A stretch of DNA of 64,000 bases from a virus (taxonomy: Duplodnaviria; Caudoviricetes). Under the pieces are notes generated by a model that saw only the letters and a program-made list of their open reading frames with translations, made no database searches and was not told where the DNA came from. Positions within the stretch are counted from its first letter, which is position 1, and every line of letters starts with the position of its first letter. The stretch covers positions 11,334-75,333 of IMG/VR virus record IMGVR_UViG_3300021400_000057; one strand, written 5' to 3'. This document shows, piece by piece, positions 7,940 to 18,793 of this stretch. Made by a program: the position numbers and the translations under genes.

Positions 7940-10909
7940 TTGGGTAAGGACGGTAAGAGAGGAAAGACTACTTGGAGTCTTATTGGTTTTGTTATCGGCG
8001 CGGCTTTCTTCGGTGGTGTTGCTGGCTCTGCAATCAAAGCAGGACTTATGGGCGCGTCATTGTTTGGCACAATATGGACGGCGTTAAATAAGGATAACCA
8101 AAATAGAGACAACGGCTCAGCTACGGTAGCCCGTTTCAGTCGTTCGCAAGAAACGATGACATCCAATGGTTCGATACCACTGGTGTATGGGTTAAGGCAA
8201 GTTACTGGTAACCAGACATACCACATGACCGATGCCGATGCCAACACTCTGTATAAACATATAGTATTGTGTGAAGGCGGCATCAAAGGGATTCAAGGTT
8301 TGACTGCGAGTGATTTACTTGTCCCCGGCAATGGGTTTGACAATAACGTAGTATTTACAATTCAGAATACGAAGTACGCAGATGCGAGAGTGTGGAAGGA
8401 AGGACAAACCTTAAACCTGTATTGTAACGGGAGCACAAAAAGTATCCACCTTTGCAATAAGAATGACTTTGAGACAGAGAACGATGTAGAGTATTGGGAA
8501 TGGCAAACATCAATCTCTGCCTTAATAGCGTACATTAACCGCCTACATCAAGGGTGGGAGTGCTTTCCTATTGCGACTACAAGTAAATACCCCGGCGACA
8601 TTTCTATCGCCTACGCAAAGCGTGTGTTTGACAAACACTTAGTTAAAGGTGTGTCGGTTTCGCCCGATGGCTCTCGTCATTCTGGGTATTTAGGTATCAA
8701 CATCATTGCTCCGTCTGGCAAGGCTGTTGCGTTCAAGAGTAGTGACAACGTAACTATGTATTGCATGGCGGCTGTCAAGGATGATATTCCTGCATGGAGA
8801 GAGAAACTTGCACATAGCGATGACCCAGATTCTCTTGACGAATACCATTTCATCAAGAGTGGTAGTGGGGCTTGGTTTCGTGGACACGATGCTCAACCGG
8901 GCGAGTTAATCAATGATGCGAACCGTATTGATACTCAGATTGTTTGGGTATGGCGTGAAGAAAGTTCTTCGGTTTCATGCTATAAAAACCCTGCAATGGC
9001 AACCGCTGAAACCGTAACTGGCGGTACAAAGTACACGTTCCATGATGGAGCTTTGCCAAGTAACTATACAGAGGTTGGTGCGTATCCGAACATGGCATGG
9101 ATAGAAATGACCTGCTGTGTTGCTGACGAGCTTAGTGGTAACCCGTCGATTTCTTGTGAGGTCTTTGGCAAGAAGGTATATGACACACGCACTGGTAAGA
9201 CTGAATACAGTACGAATCCTGCAATGTGTTTGCGAGATTTCTTATTGTCGCCCGTATATGGTCTTGGAAACTTCCTCGATGCAAGTGACTTGGACGAGGA
9301 TTCTTTTAAGGAAGCGGCTGACTACTGCGATGAAGTTATTGAGTTTGAAGCGTCTGACGATGTGATTTCACGGGCAAAGCGTTATGAATTGAATATCGTC
9401 ATTGATTCCCAACGTAATGCTTGGGATTGGGTTAGCGATATTCTTGCTTCGTTTGGCGCGTACATTGTCATCACGCAAGGCAAGCTCATGTTGAAGATGG
9501 AGCGCGAAGCTCCAATCATCTATTCGTTTGACGAAACAAACTGTAGTGATTTGAAGATAGCTCCTATCGAGCTAGAGCAAGTGCCGAATAGGTACGAGGT
9601 TAGCTTTGTTGACCCGTTGAATAATTGGGATGCGGTTAAAGCAATCGTGGAAGATTCCGCTGACCAGCATACGAGAGGCAAGATAATCACGAAGGACGTA
9701 CAGCTTGAAGGTGTCACTTCGCAGAACCAAGCATTGCGCTTGGCGCGGTTCTATCGTGATTATAATGCGTCGTGCGTTATCAATGTGTCATTCAAGACTG
9801 GCTATCAAGCATTGCATTTACAACCGGGCGACGTGGTGAAGCTCACTTATAAATGTTTTGCAGATTTTCCATTGCGTATCAATGAGATTCGAGAGGATGC
9901 AGAGGGCGGTTTTGAAATTACTGGTCGCCAATACAATCCAACGATTTATAATGATACGCTTGGCGCTCCGCTTAGAGCGTATAACTATGCTACGAAAGAC
10001 GTGCCGCTTGGCTCTGTTCCTAATGTCATCAACCTTGCTTTCAAGCAATTCTTCTACACAGATAGCAACGGCACGATTCATAACGAAATACAGGGAACAT
10101 GGACACCGCCACCGCAATACGATTACGTTAAGGAGTTTGCCATTTACAAGAAGTCCAACGACGGACAGTGGGTTCATTTGCTGAATACCAGCGGCACATC
10201 GTTTAAGACTAATGTAATGATTGGTGATGTTGTCCAGTTCAAAGTGTGTACTGTCAGCACGAATGATGATATGTCGAGTGGTGTTATTTCCCGTGAAATG
10301 GAAATTGACGGTATCGACCATCCGCCCGATGACGTTTCTGGGTTGGTAGCGGACTACAAGGACGGTCAATTACATATCACTTGGGATAAGAGTACCGAGC
10401 TTGATTTTAAGCAGTATATCGTGGCTGTAAACGGTTCACTTTTTACTACTACAAACACTTCCATAGATGCCCCTGCTGTCGATGGGACGAATAACATCTC
10501 TATCAAGGCAGAGGATTTCGGCGGCAATCAGTCTAATGAGGTTTCGATGAAGCTGGATTTAGACCTTGCACCAACCAATGTAATGAAGTTCAATGCTGTA
10601 TATTCTGGTAATTACGTTGTTCTGTCATGGCTTCCCTCTGATAGAGCAGAGTATTATAAGATAGGCGGCGCAACGTATAAAGAAGTGTATGGTGGGTGTA
10701 GCTTACTCATTCCAGTTACGACAACAGGAATGTACTCGTATACCATTAAGGCTGTCAACAGCTTTGGCGAAAGCGATGTATCCGAGTGTTCGGTAGTGGT
10801 TTCCTCTATCGAAGAACGAAATACCGTTACGACGGTAAATCTTTTGAGTGACCTTACTTGCGACGATGCTTGTAAGATTGAAGATGGTTCCCTAGTTTTG
10901 ATTCCATAA
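7940..10909 (+). CDS. Tail tip / central fibre protein (gpJ-like, phage-tail_3 plus FN3-like domains)
   Basis: SIPLVYGLRQVTGN, YSTNPAMCLRDFLL..YGLG, EAADYCDE, LQPGDVV, C-terminal beta-rich repeats; TTG start with SD aagggggt. Confidence 0.88.
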   Translation: MGKDGKRGKTTWSLIGFVIGAAFFGGVAGSAIKAGLMGASLFGTIWTALNKDNQNRDNGSATVARFSRSQETMTSNGSIPLVYGLRQVTGNQTYHMTDADANTLYKHIVLCEGGIKGIQGLTASDLLVPGNGFDNNVVFTIQNTKYADARVWKEGQTLNLYCNGSTKSIHLCNKNDFETENDVEYWEWQTSISALIAYINRLHQGWECFPIATTSKYPGDISIAYAKRVFDKHLVKGVSVSPDGSRHSGYLGINIIAPSGKAVAFKSSDNVTMYCMAAVKDDIPAWREKLAHSDDPDSLDEYHFIKSGSGAWFRGHDAQPGELINDANRIDTQIVWVWREESSSVSCYKNPAMATAETVTGGTKYTFHDGALPSNYTEVGAYPNMAWIEMTCCVADELSGNPSISCEVFGKKVYDTRTGKTEYSTNPAMCLRDFLLSPVYGLGNFLDASDLDEDSFKEAADYCDEVIEFEASDDVISRAKRYELNIVIDSQRNAWDWVSDILASFGAYIVITQGKLMLKMEREAPIIYSFDETNCSDLKIAPIELEQVPNRYEVSFVDPLNNWDAVKAIVEDSADQHTRGKIITKDVQLEGVTSQNQALRLARFYRDYNASCVINVSFKTGYQALHLQPGDVVKLTYKCFADFPLRINEIREDAEGGFEITGRQYNPTIYNDTLGAPLRAYNYATKDVPLGSVPNVINLAFKQFFYTDSNGTIHNEIQGTWTPPPQYDYVKEFAIYKKSNDGQWVHLLNTSGTSFKTNVMIGDVVQFKVCTVSTNDDMSSGVISREMEIDGIDHPPDDVSGLVADYKDGQLHITWDKSTELDFKQYIVAVNGSLFTTTNTSIDAPAVDGTNNISIKAEDFGGNQSNEVSMKLDLDLAPTNVMKFNAVYSGNYVVLSWLPSDRAEYYKIGGATYKEVYGGCSLLIPVTTTGMYSYTIKAVNSFGESDVSECSVVVSSIEERNTVTTVNLLSDLTCDDACKIEDGSLVLIP

Positions 10910-10927
10910 AAGAAAGGAAGATGCGAT

Positions 10928-11377
10928 ATGGCAAATTATTTGAAGGCTTACATGGGTTCTGTAACGAATGGTGCGAAGGACGGTACGGAGATTAGTTCCG
11001 AACATACCATGACGAACCCCATTTCTGTGATTCTTGATTCTGCAAAGTCGGAAACGAAGTGTGTCAAGTGTGCTGTACGTTGCGATACTGGATACAAGAC
11101 AAGTGGAGCAACGACGATTTGTTTCATGTATTGGGATGGAACTGCGTATAAAACTACTGGTGGTTCGATTGATAAGTTCAAGGTTGCAGAGGATAATGGT
11201 TACACGCAGGACAATGTTGAAAACAACGCAAGCTGGCAGGACTCCATCAGTATCAATGACGAGATTGGCGACACGAATAAGGTGTTCTGGATTAAGGTGG
11301 CAAGCGAGGAAGATGAGACTCCTGCTCAATATACTGACGTTGCATTGACTATTAAAGGCATTGTTGTGGAGGGATAA
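10928..11377 (+). CDS. Hypothetical tail-associated protein
   Basis: 149 aa, SD ggaag, between gpJ-like gene and fibre gene. Confidence 0.65.
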   Translation: MANYLKAYMGSVTNGAKDGTEISSEHTMTNPISVILDSAKSETKCVKCAVRCDTGYKTSGATTICFMYWDGTAYKTTGGSIDKFKVAEDNGYTQDNVENNASWQDSISINDEIGDTNKVFWIKVASEEDETPAQYTDVALTIKGIVVEG

Positions 11378-11380
11378 GCT

Positions 11381-14300
11381 GTGGAGCGTTCTATTGGTTC
11401 ATGGCGTTATGAAGACCCCGGCGATGGTCGGTTGCTTTCTGTTGATAAAACAGTAGCGCGTTGTAACTTTGCGTCGCGTACTGGTGTTGCGTTCTTTCAG
11501 ACACAGAGAATACCGTGCTTTAATATTCCAGAGTTGGAGTCGGCAAAAGAAGTTTGGATAAAGTTTGACGCATATTTATATCATCCAAGTGATAGTAAGA
11601 GTGCAGTAATTCGTTGTTATGATGAAACAAGCGGGCAGACTGGTCTTGCTATAAACCCATATCGTTACGTTGGTTCAAATTGTGTTAATGTTTGGGTTAA
11701 TGGTACTGCCATTAAAAATGAAAGTCGTACATTTTTTGGCTTCCATTCTATCAAAATTCATCTTGTATCAGATGCAACGAATGGTTTAATGGAAGTGTTT
11801 TTGGATAACAATACTCCGTACTTTACTTATAAAGGCAATGTAAACAATGGCAACCTATTTACTAAGCTCTATATTCAGTGCGATAGGAAGTATGTCCTTG
11901 TAAGTAATTTGATTATTGGTAGCGATGATATTGATATACATGAGCTTGTACCATACGAGGCTAAACCATATAGATATGTCAATCTTGGTACGGCAGATGG
12001 ATTGACTGTTGCTGGTACGACTGTTGAATCTACCGAATATTCAAGGACGGGTACGGCATTTTATCAGACGCAACGTGTTGGTTGTTTTGGCGTACCAATG
12101 ATGGATGAGGTATGGATTAAATTCGACCTTTATCATAAGGCAGGAACAAGTAGATTTCGTTGCTATGTAAATCCTGATAGCACTTCTGGGATTTGTCTAT
12201 CGCAAAATACATCAAGTATAATTGCTATATTTCACAACAATGTAAGTACAAGTTCTAACGTAGATTGTGTTAAAGCAAATACGATTCAAACTTATATTGT
12301 TCATATTGCTTCTGGTTATCGGAGGCGTGGAGTGTATGGGTATGTTGTCGAATATTATGTAGATGGTGTGTTGAAAAAGAGTTATACTCCTACGAATATA
12401 ATACCACCATTAGAGGGGCTATATTTACAATCGGATGACGAGAATAATTTATTTTCTAATATTGTTATTGCAAGTACAAAAGACGCTTTAGAAGATGCAC
12501 AAGTTGGGGCATTTGAATTTCATGCTGATATACAACGGACATCTGCTCGTTATTGGCGATATGAAAATGCTGGCATTATAGAAGCGTTCCCTGCTTCCGA
12601 GAATTTGTCACAGTACGGAAGGAATGTGCGTTGTAATTTTGCCTCTCGTACAGGAGTAGGTTTTTATATTACGCAAACTTTTTCTTTGCTTCCAGTCGTG
12701 CAAGAAAAAGAGTTGTGGGTAAAGTTTGATATATATGCAGGGAAAAGTTCGCGTACAGGCAATACGACTGAAAGTTATTGTATTCGTTGTTTTGATTGGG
12801 AGAACAGGACTGGTATAGTAATTAAGCCAAATAGTACGATAGAAATGTATATAAACGATAACCGAGTAACTTATTATTCTCCTCAAATCTGGGGCTTTCA
12901 TAGTATTAAACTACATTATGTCTCTAATAAAACCAATGGCTTGTTTGAGGTATATTTGGATAGCGATGATGTACGGTATTACAGCTATAAAGGTAATGTT
13001 TGTAATGGCAATGTCTTAAAGAATTTTTACTTTCAGAGCGATGATAATAGAGGAATTTTTAGTAATGTCATTATTAGTACATTTGAGCCTAGTGTAAATG
13101 AGGTTGTCCCATATAATAAAGGATTGTATTCATATACAAATAAAGGCGAAATAGATGCGTATATGACGAATGGTGTGGTTGTTGAAACGCCTACAAAATC
13201 AAGGACAGGTACAGCATTTTATCAACCAGAGTGGAAGATAGGGCTTAATCTACCAGAAATGGACGAGATGTGGGTACAGTTTGACTTGTATCATCATGGA
13301 ACTCGTTTTTGGGCAGAAGCGGCTTCGATTGGTAACAAAGAAACGATGCGTGTTACGGGTGTATGTATAAAGAAGGATACAGTTAATACCTTAATACCCG
13401 TAATAGAAGACCGTGCTTGGTCACTGTCGAAGAATATTCAAGAAGATAAGATTCAGACATATTTGCTTCATTTGGTGTCTGGTGCTAACGATGGTAAGGT
13501 AGAAGTTTGGGTAGATGATGTAAAGCAGTTTGTTGAATACCAAACAGGCTTTGTTACACCTTCATTCCAAGGATTCCTGTTCTATTCTAAGACTGACGAC
13601 AACTTGTTTTCTAATATTGCTATTTCAGATAAGCGAGAGAATTTGGCACTCGATGTGTATAATGTAGAGTATCACGCAGATATAAGTTGTGAGATTAAAT
13701 CCTCTAAACATGAAGTCGATGAACATTTTGATATTATGCGAGAGTTGATTGAGCTTACGAAAAGTCATCACTTTGATATATTACGCAATGTTCAGCAGAG
13801 CTTTGAGCAACATAGCGATATAAAACGTCGTATTGTTGGTAGCGATTACACATTAGCTCATTATGAGAATCGTGGCTATACTGATTATAGCTATGCTGTT
13901 AATATGTTGTGTCGGTCAACTTCTAGGACTGGCGTTGGCATGACGCATGATGTGTGGCAATTTCCCGGTTGGGATGCAGATGTATGCCATGTTAATTCAA
14001 ACGAGATGTGGGTAAAGATTGATGTGTTTGCATGGGATGAACGGACACTGTGTCAACCGTCTATCGAAATTAGTTTTCATACGGAAAATTCTTATTGTAA
14101 AACATCCGTGTTGCTCTGTGCTGTAAAAGGCTCTATTCGAGCAGGAGTTGAGTTATGGCGATATAAGGACGGTACTACTCCTTCTATGCAATATGATATG
14201 GATAAGTATATTGGATTCCATACTATAAAGGCTCATGTAATTACCGACAAAACAAATGGAGTCATCGAGTGTTTCCTTGATAATAGTGCCACTCCGTGCT

Positions 14301-17300
14301 GTGTGTTTCATGGCGATGTCTGTGAAGGCGAAATTATTAAGACTATCAGCGTATTTGGTAATTACTTTGTTACTATTAGTAATATGATTGTTGACGCAGT
14401 TTCAATAGACTCTGATGACGTAGTTGCTTATGACGGTAACAATGAATTTGCTTGGTCTAGTGAAGGTAGAATAGAGGATTTGAATAACAATCCTATCGTA
14501 CTTATTGACAATGGTGTTTTTACTGGTGGCGTAGCAAGCGAAAAAACAATCACGGTTGCTGGCTCAACAGTTGTGGATGCTACGAAATCGCATACTGGTG
14601 TTGCATTTTACCAAACTCAACAGGATGCTAATTGCGTGAGTATGCCAGTCGTTGACGAAATGTGGGTGCAGTTTGACTTATATCATCATGGAACAACATA
14701 CTTCTCTTGCTTCATAAGTCCAGATAGTGACGCAACCAATGGTAGTGGAGTTGGTTCTGAACCATGTCGCAACTTTGGTATTCGTCTAAAGGATGGAACA
14801 TCGGATAAGATAGAGGTAATTATTGGTAAATGGATTTTAACAACTGTCGATATTGTACCAGATACGATTCAGACATATCGTATGCACGTTATGGCTTACG
14901 CAGAGAGTGCAAGGATTAAGTTATGGATAGACGGGGAACAAGTAGCATACCGTGGAATTGACCGTGGCGTTGGTTACTTTGCAAGTCCATGTTTCTATTC
15001 TTCTAACGCTGATAACTTATTCTCAAATGTCACAGTTTCTAATAACGAAGAAGCCGTAAATTCTTTTGTCATACATCGTAGGTTTGAAGAACATTTTGAT
15101 ATTATGCGAGAGTTGATTGAGCTTACGAAAAGCCATCACTTTGATATATTACGCGATGTCCAGTATGGCTTTGAACACCACAACGATATAAAACGTCGTA
15201 TTGTTGGTAGTGATTATGCATTAACTCATTATGAGAATCGTGGTTATACTGACGAGAGTTATGCTGTAAATTTGCTGTGTCGGTCAACTTCAAGAACTTG
15301 CGTTGGGATGTCGTATTTTATATTAAATGGTATGCGGTATATCCCACTTCTTGATATGGATGTACGTCCTGCGAATACGAAGGAAATGTGGGTAAAGTTT
15401 GATGTGTTCGCATGGGACGACAGGTCATCCTATCAACCGTGGGTTGATGTCCAGTTTTACACAGAAAACTCTAATTGTATAACAACAACGTATTTCTGTG
15501 CTGTAAAAAATCCAATCAAAGCAGGAGTTCAAATAGCGCGGTATGAAGATGGTATTGACTCTGCCGCTGAGTATAGTATGGATAAGTACATCGGTTTCCA
15601 TACTGTAAAAGTCCATGTGATTGCTAGTAAGTCAACTGGCGTAATTGAATGTTTCCTTGATAACAGCATTACTCCATGTTGTGTGTTCAATGGTAGTGTT
15701 TGTGAAGGCGAGAATATTGAACTTATTAGAGTGTCTGGTCATAACGCTGTCACAATAAGCAATATAATTGCTGATACATTTGAGGTAGACACCAACGAGG
15801 TAATTGCCTCGGATGGCAGAAATAAATTCGCGTGGTCTACCGAAGGCATGGTAGAGGATTTGGACAATAATACTATCACGCTTATCAACAATGGTGTTGC
15901 TACTAGCGGTATGGTGCAGACAGGTATATTGAGAGTTGCTGGTTCGACGGTCAGTGACAATACAAAGTCACGCACTGGCGTTGGATTTTACCAAACTCAA
16001 CAGAAAATGAATTGTGTACCTATGCCAGTTGTTGATGAAATGTGGGTACAGTTTGACTTGTATCATCATGGGACGACGGATTTCTCTTGCTTCGTAAGTC
16101 CAAATAGTGATAACGCTATTGGTGTTCGTCGAAAGAGTGATGCGTCGGACAAGATAGAAATAGTTATTGGTACATCAGTTTTGACGACTATTGATATTGT
16201 GCCAGATACGATTCAAACATATCGTATGTACGTTATAGCCAATGCAGAAAGTACGAAGATTAAATTGTGGATAGACGGGGAACAAGTAGCATATCATGGG
16301 GTTAGTCGTGGTGTTGGTTACTTTACGAGTCCGTGCTTCTATTCTCCTAACTCCGATAACCTATTCTCAAATGTCATGGTTTCTAATAATGAGGAAGCAG
16401 TAAACTCTTTTGCCATACATCGTAGGTTTGAAGAACACTTCGATATAAGTAGAGAGGTTATAGACGGAGGCACTCAAAATATAATTCAAAATCATTTTGA
16501 TATAAGCCGCGAAGTAGAGTTTGTAAAGCCCCCGCATAAGCTGTGGCGTTATGAAAACCCCGGCGTTATTGACGGTGAGTGGGGTACGAGTTCTGATAAA
16601 CAGTATTGGAGTGACAGGCATTTATTTGAAATACATGGCGCTGTATCCAAGACTGGTACGGCTATCGCGCAGAAAAACCCAGACGCTTACCCTCATCTAT
16701 ACTTTAAGCTACCGGATGAAGCGAAGTATTTTGATGAATTGTGGGTAAAGTTTGACTGGTGTATTTGCGCTCACGGCGGTTATGAGTTTCCGTATCTTTG
16801 GATGAGTGGTTATGCTATTGACATAAATGGAGCTTCTAATTTAAGGAATGTATCGGAAGATGGAGAGGTACTTATAGCCCCTGATGGTAGGAGCATACCA
16901 GCGCGTGTTCCTCCTAATAATAATCCGTATGAGGACGATACTACATGGGTAGATACAACGATTCCATTTAGCGTTCATACATTGATGCTCCATTATGCCT
17001 TTGATTATACGGATGGCTTGTTTGAGGCTTATCTTGATGACGATAGTGTGCCAATATACAGTGCAAGTGGTCGTATGCGTCCGATTGATGAAGTCACTAT
17101 GGAAATAGCTGATATAGGTATTAGTAACATAGTTATCAGCAACGAGAAAGTGGACTTCAATGAAGTTATTGGACGTGTTCATATTCCTAATACAGAAGGT
17201 GTAGCAACGCACAAAACTATTGACTTGGAGAAGGAATTGACCGTTGGCATTGGTATCAGTATTGAGGGCGAAGGATATGCCATGATACGGACTGCTGGCG

Positions 17301-17644
17301 AAGATGGTCATTATACTGCATGGGAAAATTATATTCCTTGTGAACGCCTGTGCCGATACATTGATGTACGGCTTCATGTGCGTAATAAGATTACAAGCGC
17401 GACGTTGACGGTTGATAAGCGCACAGTAAGCAAAACGATTTCCAAACATTTAACGGCAGGAGATAACACTGTGGAATATGGTGAAGTGTTCTATAATATC
17501 CCTGCTGTGATTCCTACTGCTATTGGTGACGGTGTGACGGCTCACGTTATCAGTAAAGATACGGGGTCGTGTGTTATCAAAATTACTGATAATAATAATA
17601 ACGCCGTCGAGGGCGATGTAGATATTTTGATACGGGGGTGGTAA
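11381..17644 (+). CDS. Giant modular tail fibre / receptor-binding protein with about 9 beta-sandwich-like repeats
   Basis: 2087 aa; recurring module RYEN.G..SRTG..F..E.WV.FD..FH..K.H..G..E.(F/Y)LD..SN(I/V).(I/V)S; located just before the lysis genes. Confidence 0.8.
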   Translation: MERSIGSWRYEDPGDGRLLSVDKTVARCNFASRTGVAFFQTQRIPCFNIPELESAKEVWIKFDAYLYHPSDSKSAVIRCYDETSGQTGLAINPYRYVGSNCVNVWVNGTAIKNESRTFFGFHSIKIHLVSDATNGLMEVFLDNNTPYFTYKGNVNNGNLFTKLYIQCDRKYVLVSNLIIGSDDIDIHELVPYEAKPYRYVNLGTADGLTVAGTTVESTEYSRTGTAFYQTQRVGCFGVPMMDEVWIKFDLYHKAGTSRFRCYVNPDSTSGICLSQNTSSIIAIFHNNVSTSSNVDCVKANTIQTYIVHIASGYRRRGVYGYVVEYYVDGVLKKSYTPTNIIPPLEGLYLQSDDENNLFSNIVIASTKDALEDAQVGAFEFHADIQRTSARYWRYENAGIIEAFPASENLSQYGRNVRCNFASRTGVGFYITQTFSLLPVVQEKELWVKFDIYAGKSSRTGNTTESYCIRCFDWENRTGIVIKPNSTIEMYINDNRVTYYSPQIWGFHSIKLHYVSNKTNGLFEVYLDSDDVRYYSYKGNVCNGNVLKNFYFQSDDNRGIFSNVIISTFEPSVNEVVPYNKGLYSYTNKGEIDAYMTNGVVVETPTKSRTGTAFYQPEWKIGLNLPEMDEMWVQFDLYHHGTRFWAEAASIGNKETMRVTGVCIKKDTVNTLIPVIEDRAWSLSKNIQEDKIQTYLLHLVSGANDGKVEVWVDDVKQFVEYQTGFVTPSFQGFLFYSKTDDNLFSNIAISDKRENLALDVYNVEYHADISCEIKSSKHEVDEHFDIMRELIELTKSHHFDILRNVQQSFEQHSDIKRRIVGSDYTLAHYENRGYTDYSYAVNMLCRSTSRTGVGMTHDVWQFPGWDADVCHVNSNEMWVKIDVFAWDERTLCQPSIEISFHTENSYCKTSVLLCAVKGSIRAGVELWRYKDGTTPSMQYDMDKYIGFHTIKAHVITDKTNGVIECFLDNSATPCCVFHGDVCEGEIIKTISVFGNYFVTISNMIVDAVSIDSDDVVAYDGNNEFAWSSEGRIEDLNNNPIVLIDNGVFTGGVASEKTITVAGSTVVDATKSHTGVAFYQTQQDANCVSMPVVDEMWVQFDLYHHGTTYFSCFISPDSDATNGSGVGSEPCRNFGIRLKDGTSDKIEVIIGKWILTTVDIVPDTIQTYRMHVMAYAESARIKLWIDGEQVAYRGIDRGVGYFASPCFYSSNADNLFSNVTVSNNEEAVNSFVIHRRFEEHFDIMRELIELTKSHHFDILRDVQYGFEHHNDIKRRIVGSDYALTHYENRGYTDESYAVNLLCRSTSRTCVGMSYFILNGMRYIPLLDMDVRPANTKEMWVKFDVFAWDDRSSYQPWVDVQFYTENSNCITTTYFCAVKNPIKAGVQIARYEDGIDSAAEYSMDKYIGFHTVKVHVIASKSTGVIECFLDNSITPCCVFNGSVCEGENIELIRVSGHNAVTISNIIADTFEVDTNEVIASDGRNKFAWSTEGMVEDLDNNTITLINNGVATSGMVQTGILRVAGSTVSDNTKSRTGVGFYQTQQKMNCVPMPVVDEMWVQFDLYHHGTTDFSCFVSPNSDNAIGVRRKSDASDKIEIVIGTSVLTTIDIVPDTIQTYRMYVIANAESTKIKLWIDGEQVAYHGVSRGVGYFTSPCFYSPNSDNLFSNVMVSNNEEAVNSFAIHRRFEEHFDISREVIDGGTQNIIQNHFDISREVEFVKPPHKLWRYENPGVIDGEWGTSSDKQYWSDRHLFEIHGAVSKTGTAIAQKNPDAYPHLYFKLPDEAKYFDELWVKFDWCICAHGGYEFPYLWMSGYAIDINGASNLRNVSEDGEVLIAPDGRSIPARVPPNNNPYEDDTTWVDTTIPFSVHTLMLHYAFDYTDGLFEAYLDDDSVPIYSASGRMRPIDEVTMEIADIGISNIVISNEKVDFNEVIGRVHIPNTEGVATHKTIDLEKELTVGIGISIEGEGYAMIRTAGEDGHYTAWENYIPCERLCRYIDVRLHVRNKITSATLTVDKRTVSKTISKHLTAGDNTVEYGEVFYNIPAVIPTAIGDGVTAHVISKDTGSCVIKITDNNNNAVEGDVDILIRGW
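13721..16432 (+). repeat. Diverged in-frame tandem duplication (13721-15088, 1368 bp; 15089-16432, 1344 bp)
   Basis: gaacattttgatattatgcgagagttgattgagcttacgaaaag begins both copies, and the downstream sequence stays alignable. Confidence 0.9.
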
Positions 17645-17645
17645 G

Positions 17646-17891
17646 GTGAATGATGAACAGGTTATGAAACTTATGGATAAGTTGTCCGAGTTATCAGAGC
17701 GTATCGCCCGTGTCGAAACAATGCTTCGTGAACGTGCATCAGAGCTTGAAGAAATCAACTGCATCCTAAAGCAACACAATGACCGTATTGCTGTGCTGGA
17801 ACAGAACAAAGCTAGTATGCGCGAAATCATTGGCTTTATCGGCTGGGCAATAGCTATGCTGGTTGCGATTTGGAGTGTGATAGCTAAATGA
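17646..17891 (+). CDS. Holin-like protein (coiled coil plus C-terminal TM, XhlA-like)
   Basis: Heptad region then IIGFIGWAIAMLVAIWSVI; first gene of the lysis cluster. Confidence 0.6.
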   Translation: MNDEQVMKLMDKLSELSERIARVETMLRERASELEEINCILKQHNDRIAVLEQNKASMREIIGFIGWAIAMLVAIWSVIAK

Positions 17892-18211
17892 GTAGATTCA
17901 AAGAATGGGTTGTAGATTTCGGGGAATGGTCGAAAGACAATTATATGGTGTTGGTGTACGGAGCAGGAGTTGTCCTGCTCCCCTTTTTATTTGTCTTGGC
18001 TTTTTCTCTCATCTATGGCTATTGGAGCAATGGTCTTTACGGAACTCATTTTGAGTTGTCCGTTGGATTCAGTGGTGTGACTGTCCTCGCTACGGCGGCG
18101 GCTACCATTTATGGTATCGCCAATCAAGCGGCAAAGCAGTACAGCATTGATAGTGAGTTGAATAGTGAGCATGGTAAAGCGCCAACTAGGGCGGGAAAGG
18201 TTAAAGGGTGA
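17888..18211 (+). CDS. Putative holin (2 TM)
   Basis: Two hydrophobic segments and a basic C-terminus; directly upstream of the endolysin. Confidence 0.65.
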   Translation: MSRFKEWVVDFGEWSKDNYMVLVYGAGVVLLPFLFVLAFSLIYGYWSNGLYGTHFELSVGFSGVTVLATAAATIYGIANQAAKQYSIDSELNSEHGKAPTRAGKVKG

Positions 18212-18217
18212 TGTGTA

Positions 18218-18793
18218 ATGATGAAGGGTATTGATGTCAGCGAAAACAATGGTGTTGTCGATTGGGAGAAGGTTGCGGCGGCAGGGTATAAGTTTGCTAT
18301 TGTCCGTTGTTCCTATGGACAGCATGAGTGGGACGAGATGTTTGCGGCGAATGTGCAGGGTGCAAAGGAGGCTGGACTTCTTGTTGGAGCTTATCACTAT
18401 GGTTATGGGCTTTCCGTAGAGGACGCAAAGCGCGAAGCTGAGAACTGTATGTCTGCCCTTGATTATGCAGGGGTAGAGCTTGACCTTCCGTTGTTCTATG
18501 ATATGGAGGACGCAGACGGCTATAAGGCTGAACGTGGTTTTGCCTTTGACCCGCAGGAAATGACGGAAATGTGTAAGGCATTTATCGACGTTTTCAAGGG
18601 TGTTCTTGATGTCGGCGTGTATGCAAGCTACAGTTGGTTCGAGGATTACCTTGATTGGCGCGAACTGAACTGCCCCATTTGGAATGCTCAGTGGGATGAA
18701 ACTGATGACCTGAAGGGGTATATGTGGCAGTACACGGATAGTGCTGTGATTGGTGGTAAATACTTTGACGCTAACGTAATCTATGGGGAGTGA
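18218..18793 (+). CDS. Endolysin, GH25 muramidase
   Basis: KGIDVSENNG.VDW, GAYHY, LFYDME (DxE), WNAQW, MWQYTDS, FDANV. Confidence 0.93.
   Translation: MMKGIDVSENNGVVDWEKVAAAGYKFAIVRCSYGQHEWDEMFAANVQGAKEAGLLVGAYHYGYGLSVEDAKREAENCMSALDYAGVELDLPLFYDMEDADGYKAERGFAFDPQEMTEMCKAFIDVFKGVLDVGVYASYSWFEDYLDWRELNCPIWNAQWDETDDLKGYMWQYTDSAVIGGKYFDANVIYGE

Noticed and set aside
13721-16432. Duplicated fibre segments as a DGR template/variable repeat pair
   Set aside because: Both copies are in frame within one gene, differences involve all bases and indels rather than adenines only, and no reverse transcriptase is present in the window.
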